From Candidatus Heimdallarchaeota archaeon (GTDB lineage Archaea; Asgardarchaeota; Heimdallarchaeia; Heimdallarchaeales; Heimdallarchaeaceae): DNA of 64,000 bases. Shown here piece after piece: positions 10,244 through 20,158 of the stretch. Each line of letters begins with the position of its first letter. Position 1 is the stretch's first letter. The notes below the pieces were generated by a model that saw nothing but the letters and a program-made list of their open reading frames with translations, was not told the origin of the DNA and searched no databases. Both the position numbers and the translations under genes were made by a program. The stretch spans positions 80,568-144,567 of the forward strand of contig JAUVXV010000009.1 in the NCBI GenBank assembly GCA_030603365.1, read 5' to 3'.

Positions 10244-13200
10244 TCAATCACCGAAATTGCAGAAAGATAATAGCTCTGTAAGTCCCAATCTTTCTAATTC
10301 TTCTCCTCTAGGACATCCAGTTTCAGGATTATAATTCCTATACTCATACCATTCTTTTAGCTGGATTTGAATATCTGGAGAATTACCTTCTGTTGGACCA
10401 TCTAGTCTTTGTCTCATGACATTGGGTAGAACTTGAAGTTCAGGTTTCCACCCCAGTCTTAGATTAATGATTCGTTTAAGAGCGTAAATTCTATCTCCTA
10501 ATAGAATTAAGTCTTTGGATGTATATGATTTGTTAACTGCCATTCCAAGCAAATCTGCTACTAACGGAGCTGGGGGATTATAAAAAACGCATATGGTCAT
10601 TGCATTATACAATTGCCTATAGCTTTGAAGATTGGCCATTTGTTTTGCTATTCCACTGCTTTCAAATCTACTATCTGGCAAATTATCTATCCCTATTTCA
10701 GGAAAAGTTGCTCCTTGCTGTACAAGGTAAGCATCACCATTATTATGGCATGCTCCTCTTGGACTTGTAAGATACTGAATTGCCCATCCACTAAATGCTC
10801 TTGGGTCATGGAATGGTGCTTCTAATCCAGCAACTTGTGGAGCTATTGCTGTATAAAGGTAATTTTCTGCCAAAACCTTACTACCTTCTGCTAATAAGTT
10901 CCCTATACCTTCACGTTTAGTAATCATATCAAGCAAAGTAAGTAATGTATCTGCGTTCCCAAAACTCAAATCTAGTTCTTCAGGTAATGCTTCAGAAGGG
11001 ATATAATTCTTAGATACAAGATCAAGCAGTACTCCGATAGTTGTACCAGCAGAAATTGTATCCATACCATAATCATTTGCTCTGTAAGTTGCAAATGATA
11101 CAGCTTCTAAATCTCCTATTTTCAGATTTGTCCCAAATGCTCCTAATGTTTCATATTCAGGACCCTTAGTTCGAGGAAGTTTATACTTCCCTTCTGGTAT
11201 TTCGATGATCCTGCCACATCCAATCGGACAACGATAACATGCATATCTTCCTACAAGTATAGTTTCCTTAATAGAAGCTCCAGAAAGATTAGATGCTTCA
11301 TCAAACTTAGATTCAGACCAATTACGTATTGGCAAATCTCCATACATGTCTATTGCAACATCGAGATAACCAGCAGTACCAAGTTCTTTAGTGAGTTCAA
11401 CCATAAAATCTTCTTTTATTGATTCATATGCTTCTCTTGATTTTTCTTTAAACTCTTTAGGTAATAGAAATTCTTTGTTTGATCCTTTTACAACTATTGC
11501 TTTTAGTTTTTTTGATCCCATTACGGCTCCTAGACCAGTTCTTCCAACTGCTCTACCTTCATCATTCATAATAGAAGCATATTTCACAAGATTTTCTCCA
11601 GCTTGACCTATACACGCAATCTTGAATTTTCTGTCTCCAAGTTCATCTAGAATCTTTTCATGAGTAGCAAATGTTCCTAATCCCCAAAGCTCCGATGCAT
11701 CTCTGATTTCTACCTTATCATCTTCAATCAGAAGATAAACAGGCTTATCTGACGCTCCTTCAAGGATTATGCTATCATATCCTGCAAATTTTAATTCAGG
11801 ACCAAAATTTCCTCCTGAGTTTGCTTCACCCCAGAATCCTGTTAATGGTGAACGAGAACAAACTGTAAATCTTCCCGCACAAGAAGTGGGCAAACCTGTC
11901 AGGGGTCCAGTCATAAAGATTAAGATATTTTCAGGTGATAGAGCATCAACATTTCTTGTATTCAAAAATTTGAAATAATAATGTGCACCTAATCCACTTC
12001 CACCTACAAAATCCTTTGCCGCATCCATATCTAGTGGTTCTGTTGAAGATGTGTGATTTGAGAGATTTACCTTAAGTACTAAGTTCCGATAGCCTCCTCT
12101 CACAAAATCAGCCATTTCATAAAACATGGATTCTATTGTTTCATTTGATAATTCTCTTGGATTGACTAAAGATCCTGTGTCATTGAGTGCAAAATCACAG
12201 AGAAGTTCCATATTTTCCTGTAGTTGAGAATAGGTGACTCCAAAATCCTTCAGAGTTGTTTTTAATCCGATATCTGTAATTAATTCTTCTACTTTTAGTA
12301 CTAGTTTTTCTGCTCCTTCTCTCGGTGAATCGAACTCGATTCCGATTGCATGAGCTATCTCTGAATAGTGTTGAGCAGTTTTTTCTTCTTCCAGACAGAA
12401 TTTCATCATGTGAGGTAGAGCAACAGCAATTATCTCTCCATGAGGTATATTTAATATCGCACCTGCTGAATGAGCTAAAGAATGGGTTCCTCCAATTTGA
12501 CTATTCCCAATAGCTATTCCTGCCATAGTAGCAGCATTGTGCATTTTTTCTCTATAATCAAAATTATTTCCCTCTTTCACTACTTTTGGAAGATATTCAA
12601 ATACATGTTTAATAGCTTGAATAGCCATAGCATCCGCAAAGTCATTCTTCCAGTCTATTGTATATGCTTCAATTGCATGGGCTAAAACATCCATCCCTGT
12701 TGAAGCGGTTAAACCTGGTGGAAGTTTGATAGTTAGTGAAGGATCAACAATGTCAATATCAGGAATTAAATCTCTATGAGCTAGACTCAATTTCTGTTTA
12801 GTTTCAGGATCTGTTATAATTATTGCCCAATTTGCATCTGAACCTGTTCCACTTGTCGTGGGGATTGTTATCAATCTAGCTTTATTTCGTAAAGGTAAAG
12901 GATCTTCAGGAAAAACGCTGTCTATACTCATATCAGGATTTTCATAGAATACCCAGATTGATTTCGCACAGTCAATTACTGATCCTCCTCCGATTGCAAC
13001 TATCCAGTCCACTTCTTCCTTCTGAGCTAGATCAGCACCTGCTTTAGCCATTGGTATAGATGGTTCATAATCAACTTGATCAAATATTGTTATCTTGAAT
13101 TCATTTTCTTCTAAAAAACTAATAGCCTTTTGAGGAATACCTAAGTCTAGAAGAACTTTATCAGTTACAATAAGTGCACTTTTACCCTTAATTTCTTTTA

Positions 13201-13264
13201 ATTCATCTAGTGAATCTTCCCCGAAAACTATTTTTCGTGGAGCACAATAAAACCACATAATCAA
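10244..13264 (-). CDS. Fusion: iron-containing alcohol dehydrogenase (aa 1-383) + aldehyde:ferredoxin oxidoreductase (aa ~384-1006)
   Basis: ADH: GGGSVID, TTSGTGSD, DVLAH, HSLAH, PHG. AOR: GYxxxVLKVNLS, SPLTG, GRTGLGAVMGSKKLKA, CYRCPIGC, PEYET, GMDTIS, DPR, RGACH. Confidence 0.9.
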   Translation of the reverse strand: MIMWFYCAPRKIVFGEDSLDELKEIKGKSALIVTDKVLLDLGIPQKAISFLEENEFKITIFDQVDYEPSIPMAKAGADLAQKEEVDWIVAIGGGSVIDCAKSIWVFYENPDMSIDSVFPEDPLPLRNKARLITIPTTSGTGSDANWAIIITDPETKQKLSLAHRDLIPDIDIVDPSLTIKLPPGLTASTGMDVLAHAIEAYTIDWKNDFADAMAIQAIKHVFEYLPKVVKEGNNFDYREKMHNAATMAGIAIGNSQIGGTHSLAHSAGAILNIPHGEIIAVALPHMMKFCLEEEKTAQHYSEIAHAIGIEFDSPREGAEKLVLKVEELITDIGLKTTLKDFGVTYSQLQENMELLCDFALNDTGSLVNPRELSNETIESMFYEMADFVRGGYRNLVLKVNLSNHTSSTEPLDMDAAKDFVGGSGLGAHYYFKFLNTRNVDALSPENILIFMTGPLTGLPTSCAGRFTVCSRSPLTGFWGEANSGGNFGPELKFAGYDSIILEGASDKPVYLLIEDDKVEIRDASELWGLGTFATHEKILDELGDRKFKIACIGQAGENLVKYASIMNDEGRAVGRTGLGAVMGSKKLKAIVVKGSNKEFLLPKEFKEKSREAYESIKEDFMVELTKELGTAGYLDVAIDMYGDLPIRNWSESKFDEASNLSGASIKETILVGRYACYRCPIGCGRIIEIPEGKYKLPRTKGPEYETLGAFGTNLKIGDLEAVSFATYRANDYGMDTISAGTTIGVLLDLVSKNYIPSEALPEELDLSFGNADTLLTLLDMITKREGIGNLLAEGSKVLAENYLYTAIAPQVAGLEAPFHDPRAFSGWAIQYLTSPRGACHNNGDAYLVQQGATFPEIGIDNLPDSRFESSGIAKQMANLQSYRQLYNAMTICVFYNPPAPLVADLLGMAVNKSYTSKDLILLGDRIYALKRIINLRLGWKPELQVLPNVMRQRLDGPTEGNSPDIQIQLKEWYEYRNYNPETGCPRGEELERLGLTELLSFCNFGD

Positions 13265-13290
13265 ATATTAAAAAAGGTAGAATAAAAATG

Positions 13291-13710
13291 TTATAGAAAT
13301 TCTGTTGGAACTTTCTGTGCTGAATTAACCAATTCTTTTGCAGCTTTGGTTGCTCGCATGACTTTTCCTTTGTCACCAACAAGTTTGAATTTTCTAGTAA
13401 GGATTCCTTTGATTGGATCTAATTCTCCATTAATTACTTTCAACCAATTAGAATAGGTACCTTTATACTCAAATTCAGTTTTAGGTCCTTCTTGTCCTTC
13501 CTCAAAATAATCCACACTTCTACAATCGCCATGCCAGAGGTCAAGATAATATGTGTGTTGTTTATCTAGTTTATCATCTGGTTCGATTACAAATAGAAAG
13601 TCACCTTCCCACGTTTTAGCTGCTTCCTTGTAGTCTGGTGAGTTGTTAAGAACTTCCATGAATTTTTCTATCCATTCTCTACTTGGAAATTTTGCTGTCA
13701 TCATAAACAC
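13291..13710 (-). CDS. SCP2 sterol/lipid-binding domain protein
   Basis: FPSxEW, YKEAAKTWEGD, W..VI.GELDP...KFKLVGD. Confidence 0.85.
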   Translation of the reverse strand: MFMMTAKFPSREWIEKFMEVLNNSPDYKEAAKTWEGDFLFVIEPDDKLDKQHTYYLDLWHGDCRSVDYFEEGQEGPKTEFEYKGTYSNWLKVINGELDPIKGILTRKFKLVGDKGKVMRATKAAKELVNSAQKVPTEFL

Positions 13711-13819
13711 CGTTCATTTAATGTTATTGCTGTTGCTTCTTAGCTTGTTTTTAAATATTATTTAATGCAAATATAATACTTTAAGAATCATCTAGAAATC
13801 TTGAAGTATTGGATTAGAT

Positions 13820-14152
13820 ATGACTTCTGATATACCTGATTGGATTAAAGAGTGGATACAAAAAGATAGATTAGTGCGAAACAAATTCAAGATAAGTCAC
13901 AAGTATGTGAGTCACCCCAAAAGAATCCAATTCATGAAAGGGGAAAAAGATGACCAAGACAATTGGATTTCTTTCAAGTATATGATTATTTCAACTAAAT
14001 ATGGCAAATATTGGGTAAGGTACACTAACGGATTGTATGAGTGTTCTTGCCCTTTTTTCAAACATCGAGGTATTTGTTCCCATATCTTTGGGGTATGTCA
14101 AGTTACAAATGTCTGGCCTGACAAAGAATTACTTTTTCCTTCGAAAATTTAG
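13820..14152 (+). CDS. SWIM zinc-finger protein
   Basis: CSCPFFKHRGICSH. Confidence 0.75.
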   Translation: MTSDIPDWIKEWIQKDRLVRNKFKISHKYVSHPKRIQFMKGEKDDQDNWISFKYMIISTKYGKYWVRYTNGLYECSCPFFKHRGICSHIFGVCQVTNVWPDKELLFPSKI

Positions 14153-14198
14153 ATATGTTGATAAGAGATGAATGTTATACTGTAACTAAGGTGGTTTC

Positions 14199-14978
14199 TT
14201 GGCGCAACTCTTAGGGATTTGCAGTGAAGATGAAATAGAAATAGATTTTGAGTTTAAAGGTTCAGCAGGATATGGCGACAAAAATCCTGATGGTTGGGGA
14301 TATGCCTACTCCAAAAAAGATTATTGGGTAATTGATAAAGAACCTTTTGAGGAAAATCAATTTGACAAAAAGGAATTTTCATTACGCTTTCCTGCAAATT
14401 TTTTCAGTAATTTACTCATTTCTCATATTCGATTTGCTTCAAAAGGAAGAAAGACTCTAGAAAATACTCACCCTTTTACTCAAGAGTTATTTGATAAAAA
14501 ATGGATTTTTGCTCATTCAGGTCATCTCCGAATGTACAGACATGTTCTAGAAAGTTCAGACTATCTCACTCCAAAAGGAGAAACAGATTCAGAAGAAGCA
14601 TTCTGCTCGATTCTTGGAGAAGTAAAATCTTTGGGTCGTTTAGCTGCAGATAAAGAAATTGCTAAACGTGTTGAGAGAACCGCTGTTGAATTAACTAACC
14701 AAGGTGGATTAAATTTCCTTCTTTCCGATAGAGACAAGATGTTTGCGTATTATTCTGGATATAAATCACTTTATTTTGCAGAACTTCGTCCCCCCCATGA
14801 GATTAATATTGTGGGAGAGAATAATCAGCTCTGGTTTACCCTTTTTGTAAAAGACCAAGATGTCCAAATTAGCATTGTTGCTTCTGAACCTGTAATTCCT
14901 GATATTCATTGGAAGGAACTTGATGTTAAAACTCTTTACACTTTTAAAAGTGGCAAAAGGTACAAATTTGTAATGTAG
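14199..14978 (+). CDS. Class II glutamine amidotransferase homolog (YafJ-like), apparently non-catalytic
   Basis: NPDGWG, SHIRFAS, ENTHPF, GETDSE, VASEP present; N-terminus is MAQLLG instead of MCxLLG, and HSG replaces HNG. Confidence 0.8.
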   Translation: MAQLLGICSEDEIEIDFEFKGSAGYGDKNPDGWGYAYSKKDYWVIDKEPFEENQFDKKEFSLRFPANFFSNLLISHIRFASKGRKTLENTHPFTQELFDKKWIFAHSGHLRMYRHVLESSDYLTPKGETDSEEAFCSILGEVKSLGRLAADKEIAKRVERTAVELTNQGGLNFLLSDRDKMFAYYSGYKSLYFAELRPPHEINIVGENNQLWFTLFVKDQDVQISIVASEPVIPDIHWKELDVKTLYTFKSGKRYKFVM

Positions 14979-15023
14979 GTTATTACTTATTCTTATTCAA
15001 ACTCAAGTAATTTCTAAAATCCT

Positions 15024-15893
15024 TCATTGCATCAAGAGTTGCATTGCATCTAGATGCTTTCTTAATTCAGTTATCAAATTTGGAGAATGAGTATTTTTGT
15101 TGGTTTGCATATCTAAGTATGTTGAATTCTTAATTAAACTAACAATCTTTCTTGTTTCCTCGATATTGTGCATTTTGTCAAGTTCTGCCCCAAATATGAT
15201 GGTGTTTTGTTCGATTTGCTCATATAGATCGTAATGCTCTCTCATTGAATGCTTTGCAACATTTTTCCATTTTTTCGCATTAGCTTCTTCTAGCAATCTA
15301 AGATATCTCTTAGCATGTTCTTCACTTTCAGATTTCTTAGTTATCAACCAGGAACGGAGAAGTGGTTTGATTATAGTCAGTACAAAAGGAGGTGTGAATG
15401 GAATCATGTATCTAGTACCTTTAGGTAGAGCAATTTTAGATGTTGCTCCTACAAATGCAACAAGAAGAGGATCGAATTTCTTTTTAGCTAATGCGTCAGC
15501 AAGAATCATTGCTCCCCATGATGAAGCCAACGGGATAAGTTTTTGTTCATCTATATTGAGTTGATTGATTACATCTATGATATCTTCAGATACCCTATCC
15601 AGAGTGTTTTTTGTTTTCTTATTCAACACACTTGAGTCTTTTTCTCTTGATTCAAAATACACTATATCAAAGAAATTCATTGCTTCTAGTAGCACGTCAT
15701 CCCAAGAAGGAACTATAGTTGCCCATCCAGGTATAACGAATAAAGTATAACCATTTCTTGTTTTTTCTGGTGCGATTGTATGATAAATGCGAACTATTGT
15801 ATCATCACTCACAGTAAGGAATTTTTCTTCAGCCAACTCTTCATACTTCGCAACTAGTGGTTCGAATTTGAATTTCTTTGTTATCTTTACCAT
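15024..15893 (-). CDS. Alpha/beta-fold hydrolase (start revised to ATG 15893)
   Basis: VIPGW oxyanion region, ASSWG nucleophile elbow, downstream Asp and His candidates. Confidence 0.7.
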   Translation of the reverse strand: MVKITKKFKFEPLVAKYEELAEEKFLTVSDDTIVRIYHTIAPEKTRNGYTLFVIPGWATIVPSWDDVLLEAMNFFDIVYFESREKDSSVLNKKTKNTLDRVSEDIIDVINQLNIDEQKLIPLASSWGAMILADALAKKKFDPLLVAFVGATSKIALPKGTRYMIPFTPPFVLTIIKPLLRSWLITKKSESEEHAKRYLRLLEEANAKKWKNVAKHSMREHYDLYEQIEQNTIIFGAELDKMHNIEETRKIVSLIKNSTYLDMQTNKNTHSPNLITELRKHLDAMQLLMQ

Positions 15894-15984
15894 TATTTTT
15901 GGAATTTCAAGGTTATTTAAATACCTAATTAAGTGACTACAATCAGACCAATTCTTTTTATACAAGTTGAAATCTGACAAAAAC

Positions 15985-16851
15985 ATGAAGATTAAGTTAG
16001 TAACAGATGCATCATCTCTGGTTCCTTTAGAATTCCTACAAAAGGAAAAAATAGGTTTTTTGGAATCAGTTCTTCTTATTGATGAGAAAGAATACAGAGA
16101 ATTAACTGAATTAGATTTTGAAAAATTTGTTAAAAGTCTCCATGACTTAGATCCATATCCTACAACTAGTCAAGTTAAGCCAGAAGATGCTGTAAACGTC
16201 TTTAAACAGGCTATAGATGACGGTTATGATGAAATCCTCTACCTTGGTTTAACTCCTAAGGTTTCAAGTCAAATGAATGTAGCTAGGCTTGCTGCAAAAA
16301 CTCTGAAGAAGAAAATCAACATTCACATTTATCCAACTGAAGTGACATGTGGCTCTCAAGGAGCTATGACCTATATTGCTTGGAAACTTCTAAAACAAGG
16401 AAAAACTTCAGAAGAAATTATGGCATATCTAGATGATCTTAAACAAAAAATCTATACCATTGGTGTCACAGTAGATATCGAAACTCTCTTCAAAACAGGT
16501 AAAGTGAAAAGAGGTTCAGCTAAAGGGATTCTGGTCTCTTTACTAAAAATGAAACCAATTGCTCATATTACTTTAGAAGATGGTTTTATTGGATATGGTG
16601 CAAGTTTAAGTTATAAGAGTGCTTTGAAGACAATGATTGCTGAAATCGAAAAAAGAACAGATCCAGACCAAGAATATGATCTTTATATGGCTGATGCTCT
16701 GAATAAAGAATTTGCAGAAGTATATGCTGACGAGATTAAGAAAGTCAGAAAAATAAAAGATGTTCACTACTGGTCCATGTCTCCTGTTATGGCTTTATCT
16801 GCAGGACAAGATGCAGTTACAGCTACAATTGCACCAGTTGTTAAGGAATAG
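15985..16851 (+). CDS. DegV/FakB family fatty-acid-binding protein
   Basis: IKLVTD, PTTSQ, GYDEI, LKMKPI. Confidence 0.85.
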   Translation: MKIKLVTDASSLVPLEFLQKEKIGFLESVLLIDEKEYRELTELDFEKFVKSLHDLDPYPTTSQVKPEDAVNVFKQAIDDGYDEILYLGLTPKVSSQMNVARLAAKTLKKKINIHIYPTEVTCGSQGAMTYIAWKLLKQGKTSEEIMAYLDDLKQKIYTIGVTVDIETLFKTGKVKRGSAKGILVSLLKMKPIAHITLEDGFIGYGASLSYKSALKTMIAEIEKRTDPDQEYDLYMADALNKEFAEVYADEIKKVRKIKDVHYWSMSPVMALSAGQDAVTATIAPVVKE

Positions 16852-16852
16852 A

Positions 16853-18430
16853 TTAAGTTTCTTTTGATTTTTTTAACTCTTTTTTCTCTTTTTCCTTTGG
16901 AGGTTCAGGTAGGTTTTTTATTTCTGATAACATTTTCTCCGTTTCAACTTTATTGTAAAAAGACTTGGACAGTTTGATTTTTCTTAAAGTTGCTTTAATC
17001 TCTTCAATCGACTTTCTTTTATATTCTCCCCAATCCTCAGAGAAAATACCTTGTTTTTTAGCAATATCGACCTCAAAGTTCTCTAGAATCTGTTTAGTAT
17101 TGGTTATAGATATCTTGTTAATTATATATACACAATTATCAACTATTTTCCAGATGTGTATTCGTATCTTCTCTCCAAGAGTATCTTTATCTACATTTTT
17201 GACTAGTGTGTTTGTCAAATCGACTAATGTTTGTTTTAATGAATTTATACTCTCATCATCTATAGTATCCGGAATATTGGTGGCAATCAGATTAGTTTCA
17301 GAGAGAGTTCGAGTCAGTTGTCCCTCTAGAAGTGTTGTACTTTTTGCAAACTTCCTGACCTCAAATCGCTTCACCAGACTACTTAGTGCTCGAGTTGATT
17401 TACTGACATTAATTTCTGTTTCTTTATGAAAATATGTTAAAATCTTCTTGTTTATTGAAACACTCTCTTTTACAAACTTGTCTGAATATTTTTGATTAGT
17501 GAGTTCAGTAAGAGCATTCTCAACTAAATCTAGTATTCCAACTTCAGAAATTTCTAGTTTCAAAAGAAAATAAGCTAGTTCTATTTGTGAGTAATAAGGA
17601 ACTTCATCTATTTCTTTCTTAAGAAATTCCTCAACTTCCTTTTTAGTTTCTTCATCGATCTGATTTAAAGAACCACAAGTGTCGAGTAAATGCATGAATC
17701 TAAGCAAGTTCGTTAGACTTAATTCTTCTGATACCTTTTTGTTATTCAGGATTTCAAGAATAATATCTCCTATGATTTTATTGCATGAGAGATTATCTGA
17801 ACCTATAATTGACCATAAATCCGACAGCATTGCTAGCTTGTTAATCTGTTCTTCATCTTCCTCAAAATGCTTTAAAAACCGTTCTACTAACAAATTTTCA
17901 TGAGCGTAGGCTTGTCGAAAGGGTTCATATTTGTTCAATGTTTGAGTAAATTTTGGAGAATAATGATCATCCTTGACATAATCATCGATTTGTTCTTTCG
18001 ATTTTTCGTCACCAGTAAGGTATTTTTCAAATAGTTTCTCACTCAATTTAATAGGTACTTCGGAACCGGTTATCTGTGCTTCATAAAGGATGCTAGTTGT
18101 GAGTTTAATGATTAGTCCTTCAATTTTATCCATTTTATCTATAATGATATCGTGATCATTGGATAGTTTTTGAACTCCTTTTAAAATCATGATGTCGATT
18201 TCTTTATCTTGAATACCATATCCTTCAAGCTCTTCTTTGAGTATGTCTCTGAAATCTTCTAGATTATCTGCTGTGACTAATTCTTTTTCAATATCCTTAT
18301 TGTGCTTTTTCTTGAATTTAGATTTAATTCTCTTATACAAGAAATCAGCTGCTGCTTGCCCTCCTAATCTTTTTACAGCTTCTAAAAGTATTGCTAAAAT
18401 AAACGATCCACAAGTGACAGCGATAAACAT
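16853..18430 (-). CDS. Hypothetical alpha-helical protein
   Basis: 525-aa K/E/L-rich ORF; no recognised motif. Confidence 0.6.
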   Translation of the reverse strand: MFIAVTCGSFILAILLEAVKRLGGQAAADFLYKRIKSKFKKKHNKDIEKELVTADNLEDFRDILKEELEGYGIQDKEIDIMILKGVQKLSNDHDIIIDKMDKIEGLIIKLTTSILYEAQITGSEVPIKLSEKLFEKYLTGDEKSKEQIDDYVKDDHYSPKFTQTLNKYEPFRQAYAHENLLVERFLKHFEEDEEQINKLAMLSDLWSIIGSDNLSCNKIIGDIILEILNNKKVSEELSLTNLLRFMHLLDTCGSLNQIDEETKKEVEEFLKKEIDEVPYYSQIELAYFLLKLEISEVGILDLVENALTELTNQKYSDKFVKESVSINKKILTYFHKETEINVSKSTRALSSLVKRFEVRKFAKSTTLLEGQLTRTLSETNLIATNIPDTIDDESINSLKQTLVDLTNTLVKNVDKDTLGEKIRIHIWKIVDNCVYIINKISITNTKQILENFEVDIAKKQGIFSEDWGEYKRKSIEEIKATLRKIKLSKSFYNKVETEKMLSEIKNLPEPPKEKEKKELKKSKET

Positions 18431-18515
18431 GAGTTTCAGTATTATTACTGGTTTTCTAATATTTATCCTTGTTTAAAGTGTTAAAAGAAAAAAGAAAAAA
18501 AAGATAAATGAAAAA

Positions 18516-19586
18516 TTATTGTCCATTCATTAATTTCTCAAAATCACTTTCTTTTTGATCAAAACCTTTGAGTTCTAAATCTACTACCTTTTTTATCTCT
18601 TGTAACATTCCAATTACGCTTAATATAGATAGTACAATTATTATCGCTAATATTGTTCTTCCAACATTTGATGCTGGAAACCTGCTATCTAAAACATTGA
18701 AGATTAGATGTGGGTTAAAGTGCAATTGTAGAAACAATGCAAGATTTAGACACATGGGTATAATCCCTAAAGTTAGGAAAACCTGTTGTAATCTTAGATT
18801 TTTGCCAATCAATGCTTGGGAGAATCTGATGACACCAGAGATTAACATAATTCCACCAACAAGTTTCAACCATCCTGGAAGAGCAGGCATCCATGCTTCA
18901 AAGTACGCTCTATTGATGTCAATGAAAGGATAGAAAACTAGTACTCCTCCTGCAACTAATCCCATAATTCCTTCGAACAGATAGCTACCAGAAGTTGGTA
19001 TAACTGATTTGGTTTTTCTTGGTTTCTTAATTTTCTTTATCTTTTTATCCATCTTTTCCTGTTCCTTCGCAAGACGTTTGAAATCTTCAGGTAAGAACCC
19101 ATGATAGGATAATTGAACAAACATGATTGTTATACCTGCAAAGGCAAATGCGAAACCTGCAAATGTTCCTTCAAATGCTTCCCCCACAGTACCTCCAATA
19201 TCGGCTCCTGGTTGAGCTAATTTAATACTCATTGTAAGTACATTTATGAATAGAATTACAACGGCTGCAAAAATCAACCCTTTGTAATATCCTGGCCATA
19301 ATTCTTCGGTTATGAAGAACTTTGGAGTTCCCCTTGTTCTGAATTCTTTAGCGATTTTCCTTGGACTTCCCATGGCAATAATAGCTTCTCTAACATGCAT
19401 AATCTCAGGATCTTTTCCTTGAGAGTATTCTGTAGCTTTATCCCAGATATGATCTTCAAGTTCATTTAGAAAATCAATTAGCTCTGTTACTCGAGTCTTT
19501 AACCAAAAAGGTAATTTCTTCTTTACCTCATCTTTAAATGCTTCAATCAGTATTTTTGATTCATTTTCATTACTCATATATTTCAC
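18516..19586 (-). CDS. Membrane protein with N-terminal HAAS-type signalling domain (PadR partner)
   Basis: ELEDHI..AIIAMGSPRKIAKEF followed by about 6 TMs; 1-nt gap after the PadR gene. Confidence 0.7.
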   Translation of the reverse strand: MKYMSNENESKILIEAFKDEVKKKLPFWLKTRVTELIDFLNELEDHIWDKATEYSQGKDPEIMHVREAIIAMGSPRKIAKEFRTRGTPKFFITEELWPGYYKGLIFAAVVILFINVLTMSIKLAQPGADIGGTVGEAFEGTFAGFAFAFAGITIMFVQLSYHGFLPEDFKRLAKEQEKMDKKIKKIKKPRKTKSVIPTSGSYLFEGIMGLVAGGVLVFYPFIDINRAYFEAWMPALPGWLKLVGGIMLISGVIRFSQALIGKNLRLQQVFLTLGIIPMCLNLALFLQLHFNPHLIFNVLDSRFPASNVGRTILAIIIVLSILSVIGMLQEIKKVVDLELKGFDQKESDFEKLMNGQ

Positions 19587-19587
19587 C

Positions 19588-20109
19588 TTATTTTTCTAAT
19601 CCTTCAATATTCAAACCACATATGTTGCAAAATCGAATGCCTGCTATCTGAGGAATTTTGTTAGCACAATTTGGACAATATATATACTTCTTATCTGGAA
19701 GTTTAATGTCAATCTCCATCAAAGGACCAATGGCTTCTAGCAATTTTGAAAAGAACCCTATCATGTGATAATATAACTTATTTCCTTCTTCTGTAAGTTC
19801 ATAGTACTTACGAGGACGACCACTTGATTCCTTTCTTTCAGAAACAAGTAACCCATCTCTCTCTAATTTGCGAAGAATAGGGTAGAGTGTTCCTTCTTCA
19901 ATAACTAGAGTTTTCTGAGTTTCTTGCTCAAGTTCTTTAAGTAATTGGTAACCATAAACTCCTTCTTCTGGATGTCGTTGAATTATTGCCAATGCTGATA
20001 GTGTAGATATTCCTCTGAGTAGTTCTGATTCAAAACTTTCAACATATGATCGAATTTTTTCCGATTCAATCAGAGCTTCGGGTCGATATGTTTTAATATT
20101 TCTGAACAT
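19588..20109 (-). CDS. PadR family regulator with C-terminal zinc ribbon
   Basis: YGYQL, EGTLYPILRKLE, RPRKYYELTEEG; CPNC..CNIC. Confidence 0.9.
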   Translation of the reverse strand: MFRNIKTYRPEALIESEKIRSYVESFESELLRGISTLSALAIIQRHPEEGVYGYQLLKELEQETQKTLVIEEGTLYPILRKLERDGLLVSERKESSGRPRKYYELTEEGNKLYYHMIGFFSKLLEAIGPLMEIDIKLPDKKYIYCPNCANKIPQIAGIRFCNICGLNIEGLEK

Positions 20110-20158
20110 TTTTACACCTTTTTGTTTCTTTTGTAGTATTCGTGGCTTACTAATCCAA

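Noticed and set aside
15894-15986. Apparent overlap of the hydrolase and DegV genes
   Set aside because: Artefact of longest-ORF start choice; ATG 15893 and ATG 15985 leave a normal divergent promoter region.
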